Assembly (NCBI GenBank): GCA_017557885.1
Contig: JAFYXV010000008.1
Location: forward strand, 66,843-130,842
DNA from: a bacterium
Lineage (GTDB): Bacteria; Auribacterota; UBA3054
DNA length: 64,000 bases
Direction of reading: 5' to 3'
Below the pieces are notes generated by a model, which saw nothing but the letters and a program-made list of their open reading frames with translations, was not told where the DNA came from and did no database searches. The translations under genes were made by a program, and so were the position numbers. Numbering within the stretch: position 1 is the first letter of the stretch; each line of letters opens with the position of its first letter. Below, in pieces: positions 17,998 to 27,156 of this stretch.

Positions 17998-19142
17998 ACT
18001 GCTTTCCGGAACTTAAAACTCCGGCTTTCGTCATTACGGAATCCGACCTCATAAAAAACGGCCGGATCCTCCTGGACGTCCAGGAAAAAGCCGGATGCAA
18101 AATACTCTGGGCCCTGAAGTGCTTCGCCATGCCGGAGGCCGCTAAGGCCCTGAAGCCCTATCTAGCCGGCACCTGTGCCAGCGGCCTTTTTGAAGCCAGA
18201 TTCGGGAAAGAGAATTTCGGCGGCGAAAATCACGTTTACGCCCCGGCCTTTTCCGACGAGGATATGGCTGAGATCGTAAAGTACGCCGACCACATCTCCT
18301 TCAATTCCTACTCCCAACTTAGGCATCACAAGAAGACCGTTGAGGGAGCAAACAAAGAGATCAAAGTCGGCCTCAGGATAAATCCCGGCTACTCGGAAGT
18401 CGAGACCATGATCTACAACCCCTGCGCCCCCTACTCCCGTTTCGGCGTCAGCGAAAAAGACTTGGAAAAAGAAGGCGTAGCTGAGATCTCCGGATTGCAT
18501 TTCCACACCATGTGCGAACAAAAAAGCGACGTGCTGGAAAGAACGCTGGAGGTCGTCGCCAAAAAATTCGGACCTTTCCTCCGCGACCTTGAATGGCTCA
18601 ACATGGGCGGCGGACAATTGATCACGAAGCCTGACTACGACCGGGAACATCTCATAAAGCTCATCAGTGAGTTCAAGACCGCCTTCGGCCTTAAGACGAT
18701 CTATCTCGAGCCCGGCGAGGCCGTGGCCGTTGACGCGGGATATCTCGTGACAAGCGTCCTGGACATCATAGAAAACGGCATGCCAATAGCTATATTGGAT
18801 ACCTCCGCCGCCAACCATATGCCGGACGTTCTGGAAATGCCTTACCGCCCCTGCATAATCGGCTCCGGCGAACCGAAGGAATTTCCCTACACTTACCGCT
18901 TAGGCGCCCTGACCTGCCTGGCCGGCGACTATATCGGCGACTACTCCTTCCCAAAACCGCTGAAAGTTGGCGACCGCTTAGTCTTCACCGACATGGCGAT
19001 CTATTCCTTCGTCAAGACCTGCATGTTCAACGGCATCAATCTTCCATCCCTCGCCTACCAAAAAGAAAACGGCGAAATAAAACTTGTCCGGGAATTCACC
19101 TACGAAGACTATGCCGGCAGATTGGGAGAAAAACTATGCTGA
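17976..19142 (+). CDS. nspC: Carboxynorspermidine/carboxyspermidine decarboxylase
   Basis: GTG start overlapping the upstream gene by 22 nt; 388 aa, PLP-dependent decarboxylase-like sequence; context with the dehydrogenase. Confidence 0.8.
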   Translation: MANQALLNCFPELKTPAFVITESDLIKNGRILLDVQEKAGCKILWALKCFAMPEAAKALKPYLAGTCASGLFEARFGKENFGGENHVYAPAFSDEDMAEIVKYADHISFNSYSQLRHHKKTVEGANKEIKVGLRINPGYSEVETMIYNPCAPYSRFGVSEKDLEKEGVAEISGLHFHTMCEQKSDVLERTLEVVAKKFGPFLRDLEWLNMGGGQLITKPDYDREHLIKLISEFKTAFGLKTIYLEPGEAVAVDAGYLVTSVLDIIENGMPIAILDTSAANHMPDVLEMPYRPCIIGSGEPKEFPYTYRLGALTCLAGDYIGDYSFPKPLKVGDRLVFTDMAIYSFVKTCMFNGINLPSLAYQKENGEIKLVREFTYEDYAGRLGEKLC

Positions 19143-19972
19143 ATTTTCTGGAATCCGAATTCACGCCCGCCAAGCCCGACAAAGCCGCTTTCCACATCAT
19201 TCCCGCTCCCTATGAAAAAAGCGTCTCCTACGGCTCGGGAACAAAGCTTGGCCCCAAGACCATCATAGAATCCTCCCAGCAGCTTGAAAAGATCCAGCGC
19301 GGCAAGAAGCCCGGAGCGAAAGGCATATATACCGCTCACCCCGCCTCCACTCTCAAAGCAATAGAGAAAGCCGTCTCCTACGCCATTGCGTGCAAATCCC
19401 TGCCCTTTACCCTGGGAGGCGAGCACACAGTCACCCTCGGCGCCATACGCGCCTTAAAAGCGCGCCTGGGCTCTGAAATTGGCCTCATACAGTTCGACGC
19501 TCACGCCGATCTCCGCTTCGCTTACGAGGACAATCCCCTTTCCCACGCCTCAGTCATGCGCCGCGTCAGCGAACTCGGGATCCCAATCGCCCAATTCGGC
19601 ACCCGCTCCTATTGCGAAGAAGAGCAAGCCTACAGGAAAGACAGGAAAAACAAAATTACTTTCCACGACGCCGAGGAACTCTTCCTGCGCTTCAAAGAAA
19701 ATAGGAAGACAAAACTTCTTCCCGCAAACTTCCCAAAGAAGATCTACCTTTCCTTCGACATCGACGGCCTAGACTCCTCCATCATGCCCGCCACCGGAAC
19801 GCCAGTTCCCGGAGGCCTCCTCTGGTACCAGACCTTAAGCCTTCTTACTGAACTCACCAAAGGCCGAACTATAATCGGCATGGATCTCGTGGAATACGCC
19901 CCCATCAAAGGCTTCCACGCCTACGACTTCACCGCCGCCACCCTGGCCTACGAAATGATGGCTTTGGTTTGA
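19136..19972 (+). CDS. speB: Agmatinase-like ureohydrolase (arginase family)
   Basis: Mn-binding motifs GGEHTVTLG, DAHADL, SFDIDGLDSS; pathway context with polyamine genes. Confidence 0.75.
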   Translation: MLNFLESEFTPAKPDKAAFHIIPAPYEKSVSYGSGTKLGPKTIIESSQQLEKIQRGKKPGAKGIYTAHPASTLKAIEKAVSYAIACKSLPFTLGGEHTVTLGAIRALKARLGSEIGLIQFDAHADLRFAYEDNPLSHASVMRRVSELGIPIAQFGTRSYCEEEQAYRKDRKNKITFHDAEELFLRFKENRKTKLLPANFPKKIYLSFDIDGLDSSIMPATGTPVPGGLLWYQTLSLLTELTKGRTIIGMDLVEYAPIKGFHAYDFTAATLAYEMMALV

Positions 19973-19991
19973 CGATCGCAAAAGCATAAAA

Positions 19992-20032
19992 AGACAAAAG
20001 CAGCGATGGATTTCCCATCGCTGCTTTTGTCT
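19992..20032. terminator. Bidirectional terminator hairpin (18-bp perfect stem)
   Basis: AGACAAAAGCAGCGATGG-loop-CCATCGCTGCTTTTGTCT between convergent genes ending at 19972 (+) and 20053 (-). Confidence 0.6.
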
Positions 20033-20052
20033 TCAAACAGTAATAAACCTGC

Positions 20053-20262
20053 TTACTTGTTTTCTTCCTCTTTGCGTTTGGCAAGCAAAGCTTTCAAATC
20101 ATCAAGAGTCTTGTACTCATGATGCTTTTCCTTTTGGTATTCCTTAACGGCTTCCTTGGCCCAAATCTCATCCTGATAGTCTTCGGCAGCATCAGCATCT
20201 CCGCAGGGCATCACAACGACCTTGGATTCCAAATCATCTGTTTTAATCTTGGCCTTTCTCAT
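20053..20262 (-). CDS. Small acidic hypothetical protein, possible cognate partner/antitoxin of the upstream toxin
   Basis: 69 aa; ATG overlaps the toxin stop (ATGA); no recognisable HTH or RHH motif. Confidence 0.4.
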   Translation of the reverse strand: MRKAKIKTDDLESKVVVMPCGDADAAEDYQDEIWAKEAVKEYQKEKHHEYKTLDDLKALLAKRKEEENK

Positions 20263-20552
20263 TTCAACCTCCTGTATATTTCCTTTCTGTTATCGATCTT
20301 GATCACTTCGACTGTTATTATATCATCAATGATATTATACACGCACCTGTATTGCCTAAATCTGAAACGATAATAAGAACTGTTTTTTAATTTTTTTGCA
20401 AATGGAATCTGAGCATATGGATTTCTCAATACGATCTCCAATTTGTTATAAAACAATCTTATATCGGATGTGGGCAATGTCTCCAAAAACTCAAACGCTT
20501 TTTTATCAATTTTCAGTTTATAAATATTATCACGAAAATTTTTAAAAAGCAA
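20259..20552 (-). CDS. RelE/ParE-family type II toxin (mRNA interferase-like)
   Basis: C-terminal YRFRFRQYRCVYNIIDDIITVEVIKIDNRKEIY matches the RelE/ParE pattern; N-terminal region YKLKIDKKAFEFLETLP...NPY; apparent TTG start. Confidence 0.65.
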   Translation of the reverse strand: MLFKNFRDNIYKLKIDKKAFEFLETLPTSDIRLFYNKLEIVLRNPYAQIPFAKKLKNSSYYRFRFRQYRCVYNIIDDIITVEVIKIDNRKEIYRRLK

Positions 20553-20876
20553 TTAAAAGAATCATAAACAACGATACAATTCTTCTTGAATCTCTGTGAA
20601 AGTTAGATTTGATGCTGCGCATTTCGTTTTACCTCCTGTGTCCATGCGTTAATTTGATTTTTCACATGTTAGCAGATAAAATTCAATGTACAAAGCATTT
20701 TTGAAAAAACTATTATTTACAATAGTCAAAACAATAAAAATTTAATTCGTATAGTCGAATAAGCGTTTTAGCGCTAGCAACAAAAATAGCCGTGACCTTC
20801 TCGCTAACAAAGGTCGCGTTTTAAAAAGATAAATTGCCTTCAGTCCGCGCGGCCGGCTATGATCTTAGGGCCGGTC

Positions 20877-20905
20877 TTGCTTTTAAAATCGGGTTTAGGT
20901 ATAAT
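20877..20905 (+). promoter_or_regulatory. Putative sigma70-type promoter for rpmE
   Basis: TTGCTT - 17 nt - TATAAT about 45 nt upstream of the rpmE ATG. Confidence 0.4.
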
Positions 20906-20948
20906 ATTCTCTACCTTAAAAAATAACTATAACTGATTAGGTTCAAGT

Positions 20949-21152
20949 ATGAAAGAAAAGATCCATCCTAACTACGAACAGACGACCATCACCTGCGCCT
21001 GCGGCCACGTTTTCAAAGTTGGCACCACGGTAAAGGATATGCACATCGGCATTTGCTCCGAATGTCACCCCTTCTTCACCGGTAAGCAGAAATTTGTCGA
21101 CACGGCAGGCCGCGTCGAGAAGTTCAACCGTCGTTACGGCAAAAAAGACTGA
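20949..21152 (+). CDS. rpmE: 50S ribosomal protein L31
   Basis: [64 protein letters not shown] with Cys zinc ribbon. Confidence 0.95.
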   Translation: MKEKIHPNYEQTTITCACGHVFKVGTTVKDMHIGICSECHPFFTGKQKFVDTAGRVEKFNRRYGKKD

Positions 21153-21254
21153 TAAGCCTTCTTTGCCTTTCAGCGAAGCTCATGACGCGCGTCATTACCA
21201 AGACGAGCCGTGGGCTTCGTTTTTTTTGCCCTCTTTCCCCTTCTCAGATGATCC

Positions 21255-22331
21255 ATGAAAGTTTTTGATATCACGGCCCAGATAGCCGAGATGAAAAAGC
21301 TCGAGGACGAGCTCTCCAAAGCGGAAACAGTCGCTGATCCCGCGCTTTTCCGCAACCTGACCCGCAGGCACAAACACCTGAGCGAGGTCGTGGACACCGG
21401 AAGCCGGCTGGCGAAAGCCCAGGCGGCGGTGGCGGACTGCGAAAAGATCATCGGCGAGAATTCCGATCACGAACTTGTGGAACTGGCCAAGGAGGAAATG
21501 GCGGAAGCGCAGAAACAGTCCGAAGAGCTGGAAAAGGCCATGATGGTCCTTTTGCTTCCCAAGGACCCTTACGACGACGCCAACACCATCATGGAAATAA
21601 GGGCCGGAACCGGCGGCGAGGAAGCGGCGTTGTTCGCCTCCGAGCTTTTCAGAATGTATTCCCGCTATGCGGAAAGACAAGGCTGGAAGATCGAGACGAT
21701 GAACACCTCCCCCGCCGCGGCCGGAGGCTTGAAGGAAATCATCTTCAGCATCCAGGGCGACGCCGTATTTTCGCATATGAAGTACGAAGCCGGCGTGCAC
21801 AGAGTCCAGCGCGTGCCGGAAACCGAGACCCAGGGCAGGATCCACACTTCCGCGGCCTCGGTGGTCGTTCTGCCGGAGCAGGAGGAAGTGACCGTGGACA
21901 TCAAGCCGGAGGATCTCAGGATCGACATCTACCGCTCCACCGGCGCCGGCGGCCAGCACGTCAACACCACCGACTCCGCCATCAGGATCACGCACCTGCC
22001 CACCGGGCTGGTGGTGACCTGCCAGGACGAAAGAAGCCAGTATAAGAACAAAGCCAAAGCCATGCGCGTATTGCAGGCCAGGCTCTTGGAAAAAGAACGC
22101 CAGGAAGCCGCCAAGGAAAGGTCCGACCAGAGAAAGACCATGGTGGGCAGCGGCGACCGCAGCGACAAAAATAGGACTTACAACTTCCCCCAGAACCGCG
22201 TGACAGACCATCGCATCGGGCTGACCGTGCATGCTCTGGGCGAAATAATGAACGGCGACCTCGACCGTCTAATCTTGCCACTTATCGAGCATGACACCGA
22301 GGAAATGCTCAAAGCATGCACTTCTCTATGA
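21255..22331 (+). CDS. prfA: Peptide chain release factor 1
   Basis: GGQ motif in [28 protein letters not shown]; RF1-type recognition region [19 protein letters not shown]. Confidence 0.95.
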   Translation: MKVFDITAQIAEMKKLEDELSKAETVADPALFRNLTRRHKHLSEVVDTGSRLAKAQAAVADCEKIIGENSDHELVELAKEEMAEAQKQSEELEKAMMVLLLPKDPYDDANTIMEIRAGTGGEEAALFASELFRMYSRYAERQGWKIETMNTSPAAAGGLKEIIFSIQGDAVFSHMKYEAGVHRVQRVPETETQGRIHTSAASVVVLPEQEEVTVDIKPEDLRIDIYRSTGAGGQHVNTTDSAIRITHLPTGLVVTCQDERSQYKNKAKAMRVLQARLLEKERQEAAKERSDQRKTMVGSGDRSDKNRTYNFPQNRVTDHRIGLTVHALGEIMNGDLDRLILPLIEHDTEEMLKACTSL

Positions 22332-23440
22332 AAAAAAGCCTTTTATTGTTTACGGCCCTTTTGCTTTTGTCCGCTTGTGATAAAAACTCCTTTCAGGAGC
22401 AGACAGAGGAAGAACTGCAGATAGTTCCCGTCGTCCTCAGGGAAAGCGGAACGAAGACCACCGTCGCCAACAAAAGCGCGGCCAAACTTTCCGGCGCCAC
22501 CGTGGTGACGGTGACCGTTTTCCAGGCCAGCGCTCCTTCGGAGAGCGCTGCTGCGGCGAAAGCGAGCGTTGGAAGCCAGCTGATATCGCTGCCGGTGCAT
22601 ACGGTCTCCGATCACTGCACCTCCAACGACCTGGCCCTTGTGGGCGGCATCTCCGTGCCGGCCCAGGAATTCTACCAGCTCTTCTCCCAGCCGAACCTAG
22701 ACGCCATGCCCAACTATCTTAGAAGGACCTTTGACAAGGAAAGAAGCGCCTACATCACCCAGCTCATCAACAACAAAGTCTTCGAATACGCCGCGGCCCA
22801 CGAGGACTTCAGCAATGAAGCCGGCTATGCCGAAGCGGTGGAAGACGCCGTGCACAAAGTCAACCTGGAATATTTCTACGACCGCTACATCAACAACAAA
22901 GTCAACGTGACGGACGAGGAAGTGAAAAATTATTACGAGGCCCACAAGAGCGAATACACCAAGCCCGCCCAGTTCAGGGCCGCGCATATCCTGGTGAAAG
23001 TCGCGCCCAACGCTTACAGGGCGGAAGTCAGCAACGCCTACGCCAGGGCCACGGACCTAAGAAGAAGAGCTCTGGAAGGCGAAGACTTCGGACAATTGGC
23101 CTCCGCTTTCTCGGACTGCCCCTCGAAAGTCAAGGGCGGAGACCTGGATTTCTTCACCAAAGGCCAAACTCACCCCGCGTTTGAAAAAGCCGTGGAAAGG
23201 CTGCAGATCGGCGACATTTCCCCGGTGGTGGAAACCTCCCAGGGCTACCATGTGATCAAGCTTCTCGACAGGATACCGGAAAGAGTCCGCTCCTTCGACG
23301 AAGTCAAGGAAGAACTTAAAAATACGCTGGCGCTGCAGCGCACTGGCGAACTTTACGAAAATGTGCTGCAGTCCCTAACCAACAAATACAAGGTGATCCG
23401 CAATGAAAGCCTCATCAGAAAACTGGTCAAACAGTATTAA
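22316..23440 (+). CDS. Parvulin-type peptidyl-prolyl cis-trans isomerase lipoprotein (PrsA/SurA-like)
   Basis: Signal peptide with lipobox LLLSAC (alternative ATG at 22328); PpiC domain [10 protein letters not shown]...[20 protein letters not shown]...GYHVIKLL. Confidence 0.75.
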   Translation: MHFSMKKSLLLFTALLLLSACDKNSFQEQTEEELQIVPVVLRESGTKTTVANKSAAKLSGATVVTVTVFQASAPSESAAAAKASVGSQLISLPVHTVSDHCTSNDLALVGGISVPAQEFYQLFSQPNLDAMPNYLRRTFDKERSAYITQLINNKVFEYAAAHEDFSNEAGYAEAVEDAVHKVNLEYFYDRYINNKVNVTDEEVKNYYEAHKSEYTKPAQFRAAHILVKVAPNAYRAEVSNAYARATDLRRRALEGEDFGQLASAFSDCPSKVKGGDLDFFTKGQTHPAFEKAVERLQIGDISPVVETSQGYHVIKLLDRIPERVRSFDEVKEELKNTLALQRTGELYENVLQSLTNKYKVIRNESLIRKLVKQY

Positions 23441-25160
23441 AGCCTTTTTCCTTCTCGCCGCTATCCTGACCGCTTTTTCTTCAGGCGCGGCTGAAGTGAA
23501 CAGCATCGTGGCCAAAGTCGGCGACGCTTCCATCACGTCCGTGGAACTGGACCGCTACGTCAACCCGACTCTAAAATCTTACATGAAGATGATGCCCGAC
23601 GACCCGCAGATCCGGGAGGAATACAACCTGGAAAGAGTCGACGCCCTGAAAGGCATCATCGACAGCAAGCTCCTTGTGAGGGAAGCCAACAAGCTGGAAT
23701 TCACCATTCCGCCCATGGAGATCGACAAGCAGCTTAGCAAGGAAAGGGAGCGCTACACCTCCGAGGAAGAGTTCCAGGCCTACCTCAAAGAAAACAAGAT
23801 CACCCTGCAGGAATTCAAGGAACACCTCTCCGACTCCATCAAGGCCCAGGCCGTCCTTCAGGAAAAGGTCTTCAAAAGAGTCCGCGTGCTTCCCCATGAA
23901 GTGCACAAATTCTACGTGGACAACAAAAATCTGCTCTACTCCAGCCAGCCCAGCGTCCACCTCTACCAGATCCTCATAAAGGACGATCCTTCCAAGGAAG
24001 GCAGAGACCCTTACGCCAGAATATCCGATATTAAAAACCAGCTGGCTTCCGGCGCCAACTTCCAGCAGCTGGCCCTGATGTACTCCGAGGGCCCCATGAG
24101 AGCCAGCGGCGGCGACTGGGGCATCATCGAGCAGGGCCACTTCGGCGAAGAGATGGCCGCGGTGGAAAGCGCCGCCTTCACCCTCGCCCCCGGCACCTAC
24201 AGCGATATTATCAGGACGCGCTTCGGCTATCACATCGTCTATGTCAGCGCCAAAAAGGACGCCCATGTCCAGACGGAACGCGAAGCCTACGACGACATCT
24301 ACCGCAGAGTGGCGGAATCCAAGAGCGCCGCTGTTTACGAACCTTACATGAACGGCCTCAGGAGATCCTGCGCGATCGAGATCTTCGATCCGGAGCTTAT
24401 GGCCGCCAAACCCCAGATCAAACCCGGCAAAAAGATCGGCGACTTCATGACCAGGAAGATGGAGGAAGCGGAAAGCGCTCCTTCTCAAGTTGAGAGCGTG
24501 AGCACGGCTCCCGTGACCGTTACCGAAACCGCGGAAATTAAGGAAGCGTCTACTCCCGTCTTGGTGACTGAAAACGAAGGAAACGAGGAACAAACTCAAG
24601 TTACGGAAAGCGCTGAAAAATCTTCCGAAGAAGTTATTCCCGCTGAAAGCAAAGAGGAAGGCGACAGCGCCTGGAAAGAAGATCCGCGCAACAAGGAGAT
24701 AAAATCGGATCCCGGATCCGACGTCTGGGAAAAAGGCCCCGAAGACAAAACGGAAGTCGATCCCAACGCCTCAAGCGCCTTCGACGCCGACAGCAGCGTC
24801 TCCGAAACGGTCGAAGTGAAGAGCGAGGAAACGAAGGAAGAAGCCGAGGCTGCCAATGAGAAAAAGGAAGACGTCTTCGTGGAACTGAAGGCCGCGGAAA
24901 CGAACGCCGAGACCGAAAATCCCGAAGTGGTCAAAGAAGATGTTTTCGTGGAACTGAAGGCCGCGGAAATGAAGGAAGAAACTCCGGCGGAAACAAAGGC
25001 CGCGGAGCCGAAAGAGGAAAGCAAGAAAGCCGATCCTTTCGACGAGCTGGAAAAGAAAATGGACCAGAACATGGCCGACCCCAATCTTCCCGGCGCCCAG
25101 CCCAGCACTGATCCTCCCCTCTTCGAGATGAAGGAAGTCTCTGCTCCCGCCAATAACTGA
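23403..25160 (+). CDS. SurA-like periplasmic chaperone/PPIase with long acidic repetitive C-terminal tail
   Basis: Signal peptide; SurA N-domain-like region; PpiC domain (FQQLALMYSEGPMRASGGDWGIIEQGHFGEEMAAV...GYHIVYV); about 230-aa E/K/T/A-rich tail. Confidence 0.7.
   Translation: MKASSENWSNSIKAFFLLAAILTAFSSGAAEVNSIVAKVGDASITSVELDRYVNPTLKSYMKMMPDDPQIREEYNLERVDALKGIIDSKLLVREANKLEFTIPPMEIDKQLSKERERYTSEEEFQAYLKENKITLQEFKEHLSDSIKAQAVLQEKVFKRVRVLPHEVHKFYVDNKNLLYSSQPSVHLYQILIKDDPSKEGRDPYARISDIKNQLASGANFQQLALMYSEGPMRASGGDWGIIEQGHFGEEMAAVESAAFTLAPGTYSDIIRTRFGYHIVYVSAKKDAHVQTEREAYDDIYRRVAESKSAAVYEPYMNGLRRSCAIEIFDPELMAAKPQIKPGKKIGDFMTRKMEEAESAPSQVESVSTAPVTVTETAEIKEASTPVLVTENEGNEEQTQVTESAEKSSEEVIPAESKEEGDSAWKEDPRNKEIKSDPGSDVWEKGPEDKTEVDPNASSAFDADSSVSETVEVKSEETKEEAEAANEKKEDVFVELKAAETNAETENPEVVKEDVFVELKAAEMKEETPAETKAAEPKEESKKADPFDELEKKMDQNMADPNLPGAQPSTDPPLFEMKEVSAPANN
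24867..24969 (+). repeat. In-frame tandem direct repeat (period 69 nt) inside the SurA-like tail
   Basis: GAAGACGTCTTCGTGGAACTGAAGGCCGCGGAAA at 24867-24900 repeated as GAAGATGTTTTCGTGGAACTGAAGGCCGCGGAAA at 24936-24969 (peptide EDVFVELKAAE twice). Confidence 0.8.
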
Positions 25161-25169
25161 GGGAAAACA

Positions 25170-25658
25170 ATGCTCATCCTAGGCATCGATCCCGGCACCA
25201 GGATCACGGGCTACGGTCTCATCCGCTATGAGAACAACGTAATGGAGTGCGCGGAATTCGGAGTCATCAAAAACTCCGCCTCCCTCTCCCCTACGGAATG
25301 CTACGCCCGGATCTTCGAAGGCATCGACGAAATATTGAAAAGCTACGACGTCACGGCCATAGCGGTGGAGAGCCAGTTCTTCTACAAGAACGCCCGCACC
25401 GCCCTGAAAATAGGCGAAGCCCGCTGCGCCGCCATCATGCCCGCCGCCCTGAGGCGCATACCCATCCAGGAGTTCGCGCCCACCAGGGTGAAAAAAGCCG
25501 TGGTGGGAATAGGCGCCGCCACCAAGGAGCAGGTCCAGGCCATGATCTTGAGCATGCTGAAAATAAAGGACCGCAGAATGCTGCCGGACGCCTCCGACGC
25601 CCTGGCCATAGCCATTACTTACGTCCATGCCCTGAAGTATCCCAAAACTCAATTTTAA
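25170..25658 (+). CDS. ruvC: Crossover junction endodeoxyribonuclease RuvC
   Basis: MLILGIDPGTRITGYGLI...; catalytic acidic residues in the conserved GIDPG and AVE contexts. Confidence 0.95.
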   Translation: MLILGIDPGTRITGYGLIRYENNVMECAEFGVIKNSASLSPTECYARIFEGIDEILKSYDVTAIAVESQFFYKNARTALKIGEARCAAIMPAALRRIPIQEFAPTRVKKAVVGIGAATKEQVQAMILSMLKIKDRRMLPDASDALAIAITYVHALKYPKTQF

Positions 25659-25660
25659 AA

Positions 25661-26248
25661 ATGATCACTTTTCTTGAAGGCATACTGGATGAAAAAGAAC
25701 CCTCTTCCGTTGTTCTGAACGTAGGGGGCGTAGGCTACGAAGTGGCCGTTTCCCTTAACACCTATGAAGCCCTGCCTCCCCTGGGCGACAAGATCCGTCT
25801 CCTGACCTATCATCATTTGAGGGAGAACGAGGAAAAACTCTTCGGCTTCGCCGACAAGGACGAAAGGGAGTGCTTTTTAAAACTCATCGACGTCTCCGGA
25901 GTCGGCCCCGCCTCCGCCCTGCTGATCCTCAGCAGCCAGCCTCTGAAGTCCCTCTGCCACATCATCGCCACCGAGGATATCAAAGCCTTGTCCAGCGTCA
26001 AAGGCATCGGAAAAAAGACCGCGGAAAGGATCATCGTGGAACTGAAAGACAAGATCGCTCCCTTGAGCGCCAAATTGGGAAGTTCCGGAAAATCCTTCTC
26101 CAAGGACGCCGCGGACGCCGTCATGGCCCTGGTGGCCCTCGGCTACAGGCAAAACGAAGCCCAGGAGGCCGTCAACAGAGCCTTGCAGAAAGATCCCGAC
26201 GCCTCCACCGACCAGCTGGTCAGAGTCGTTATCCAAAACAAGATCTGA
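25661..26248 (+). CDS. ruvA: Holliday junction DNA helicase subunit RuvA
   Basis: MITFLEGILDEKEPSSVVLNVGGVGYEVAVSLNTYEALP...LIDVSGVGPASALLILS...VKGIGKKTAERIIVELKDK; the track ORF from 25247 is an out-of-frame overlap with ruvC. Confidence 0.9.
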   Translation: MITFLEGILDEKEPSSVVLNVGGVGYEVAVSLNTYEALPPLGDKIRLLTYHHLRENEEKLFGFADKDERECFLKLIDVSGVGPASALLILSSQPLKSLCHIIATEDIKALSSVKGIGKKTAERIIVELKDKIAPLSAKLGSSGKSFSKDAADAVMALVALGYRQNEAQEAVNRALQKDPDASTDQLVRVVIQNKI

Positions 26249-26251
26249 AGC

Positions 26252-27148
26252 ATGAAAAAAGTCGTCTGCTACGGTTCCTTGGTGCGCGACATCATCTATC
26301 ACGTCCCCCACTTCGTAAAGCCGGGGGAAACTCTGCCGGCTGAAGACCGCAACGTTTTTTACGGCGGCAAAGGCTTCAACCAGTCGATCGCGCTGAAAAG
26401 AGCCGGGCTCGCGGATGTCTGTCAGGCCGGGAGCTACGGACCGGACGGATACGATTTCCTGGAATATCTGGAAAAAGAAGGCGTAGCCACAGACTTTGTC
26501 TATCCCGTCTCGATTTCCCAGGGGCACGCCGTCGTTCAGGTGATCCCCTCCGGCCAGAACGCCATCGTGCACTTCGGCGGCTCCAACCACTGCGTGCCCG
26601 AAAAGCTCATAGGCGACCTTAAAAACTCCCTTTCCGAAGGCGACTGGTTCATAGCCCAGAACGAAGTGAACCTTCTGCCGGAATTAATGAACGCACTGGC
26701 GGAAAAAGGCGTCACGATCGCCTTCAATCCCTCCCCCTGCGACGACTCTATAAAAGCTCTTCCGCTGGAAAAAACCTCCTTCCTCATAGTCAACGAATTG
26801 GAAGGCGCGGCCATTTCCGGCATTCCCTCCGACCGTCCCGAAGAGATACTCCTGAAGATGCGGGAAAAATTCCCGAATACCAAAACGGTCCTGACATTAG
26901 GAGAAAACGGCGCTTATTACGACGACGGGAAAGATGTGATCAGACAGGGATCTTACAAAGTGAAAGCCATAGATACCGTGGGCGCCGGCGACACTTTCGC
27001 AGGCTACTTCTTCGCCTCCCTTATAAACGGATTGGCGCCCAAAGACGCCCTTGACCTCGCCTCCAAAGCCGCCGCCATTTCCGTCACGAGACCCGGCGCG
27101 GCCCCCTCCATCCCTTCCCTTAAAGAAGTCTTGCACTATAAATTATAG
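26252..27148 (+). CDS. rbsK: Ribokinase / PfkB-family carbohydrate kinase
   Basis: GGKGFNQSIA (ribokinase GGKGANQA-like) and C-terminal DTVGAGDTFAGYF motif. Confidence 0.7.
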   Translation: MKKVVCYGSLVRDIIYHVPHFVKPGETLPAEDRNVFYGGKGFNQSIALKRAGLADVCQAGSYGPDGYDFLEYLEKEGVATDFVYPVSISQGHAVVQVIPSGQNAIVHFGGSNHCVPEKLIGDLKNSLSEGDWFIAQNEVNLLPELMNALAEKGVTIAFNPSPCDDSIKALPLEKTSFLIVNELEGAAISGIPSDRPEEILLKMREKFPNTKTVLTLGENGAYYDDGKDVIRQGSYKVKAIDTVGAGDTFAGYFFASLINGLAPKDALDLASKAAAISVTRPGAAPSIPSLKEVLHYKL

Positions 27149-27156
27149 GAACCACT

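Larger units (their letters stand above)
20040..20945. other. AT-rich (about 30-40% GC) island in a 60% GC background carrying a RelE/ParE-like toxin locus
   Basis: Sharp compositional drop between the agmatinase terminator and the rpmE promoter; contains ORFs 20053..20262 and 20259..20552. Confidence 0.6.

Noticed and set aside
25247-25660. N-terminal part of track ORF 25247..26248
   Set aside because: Overlaps ruvC in another frame; ruvA homology begins at ATG 25661 (MITFLEGIL).
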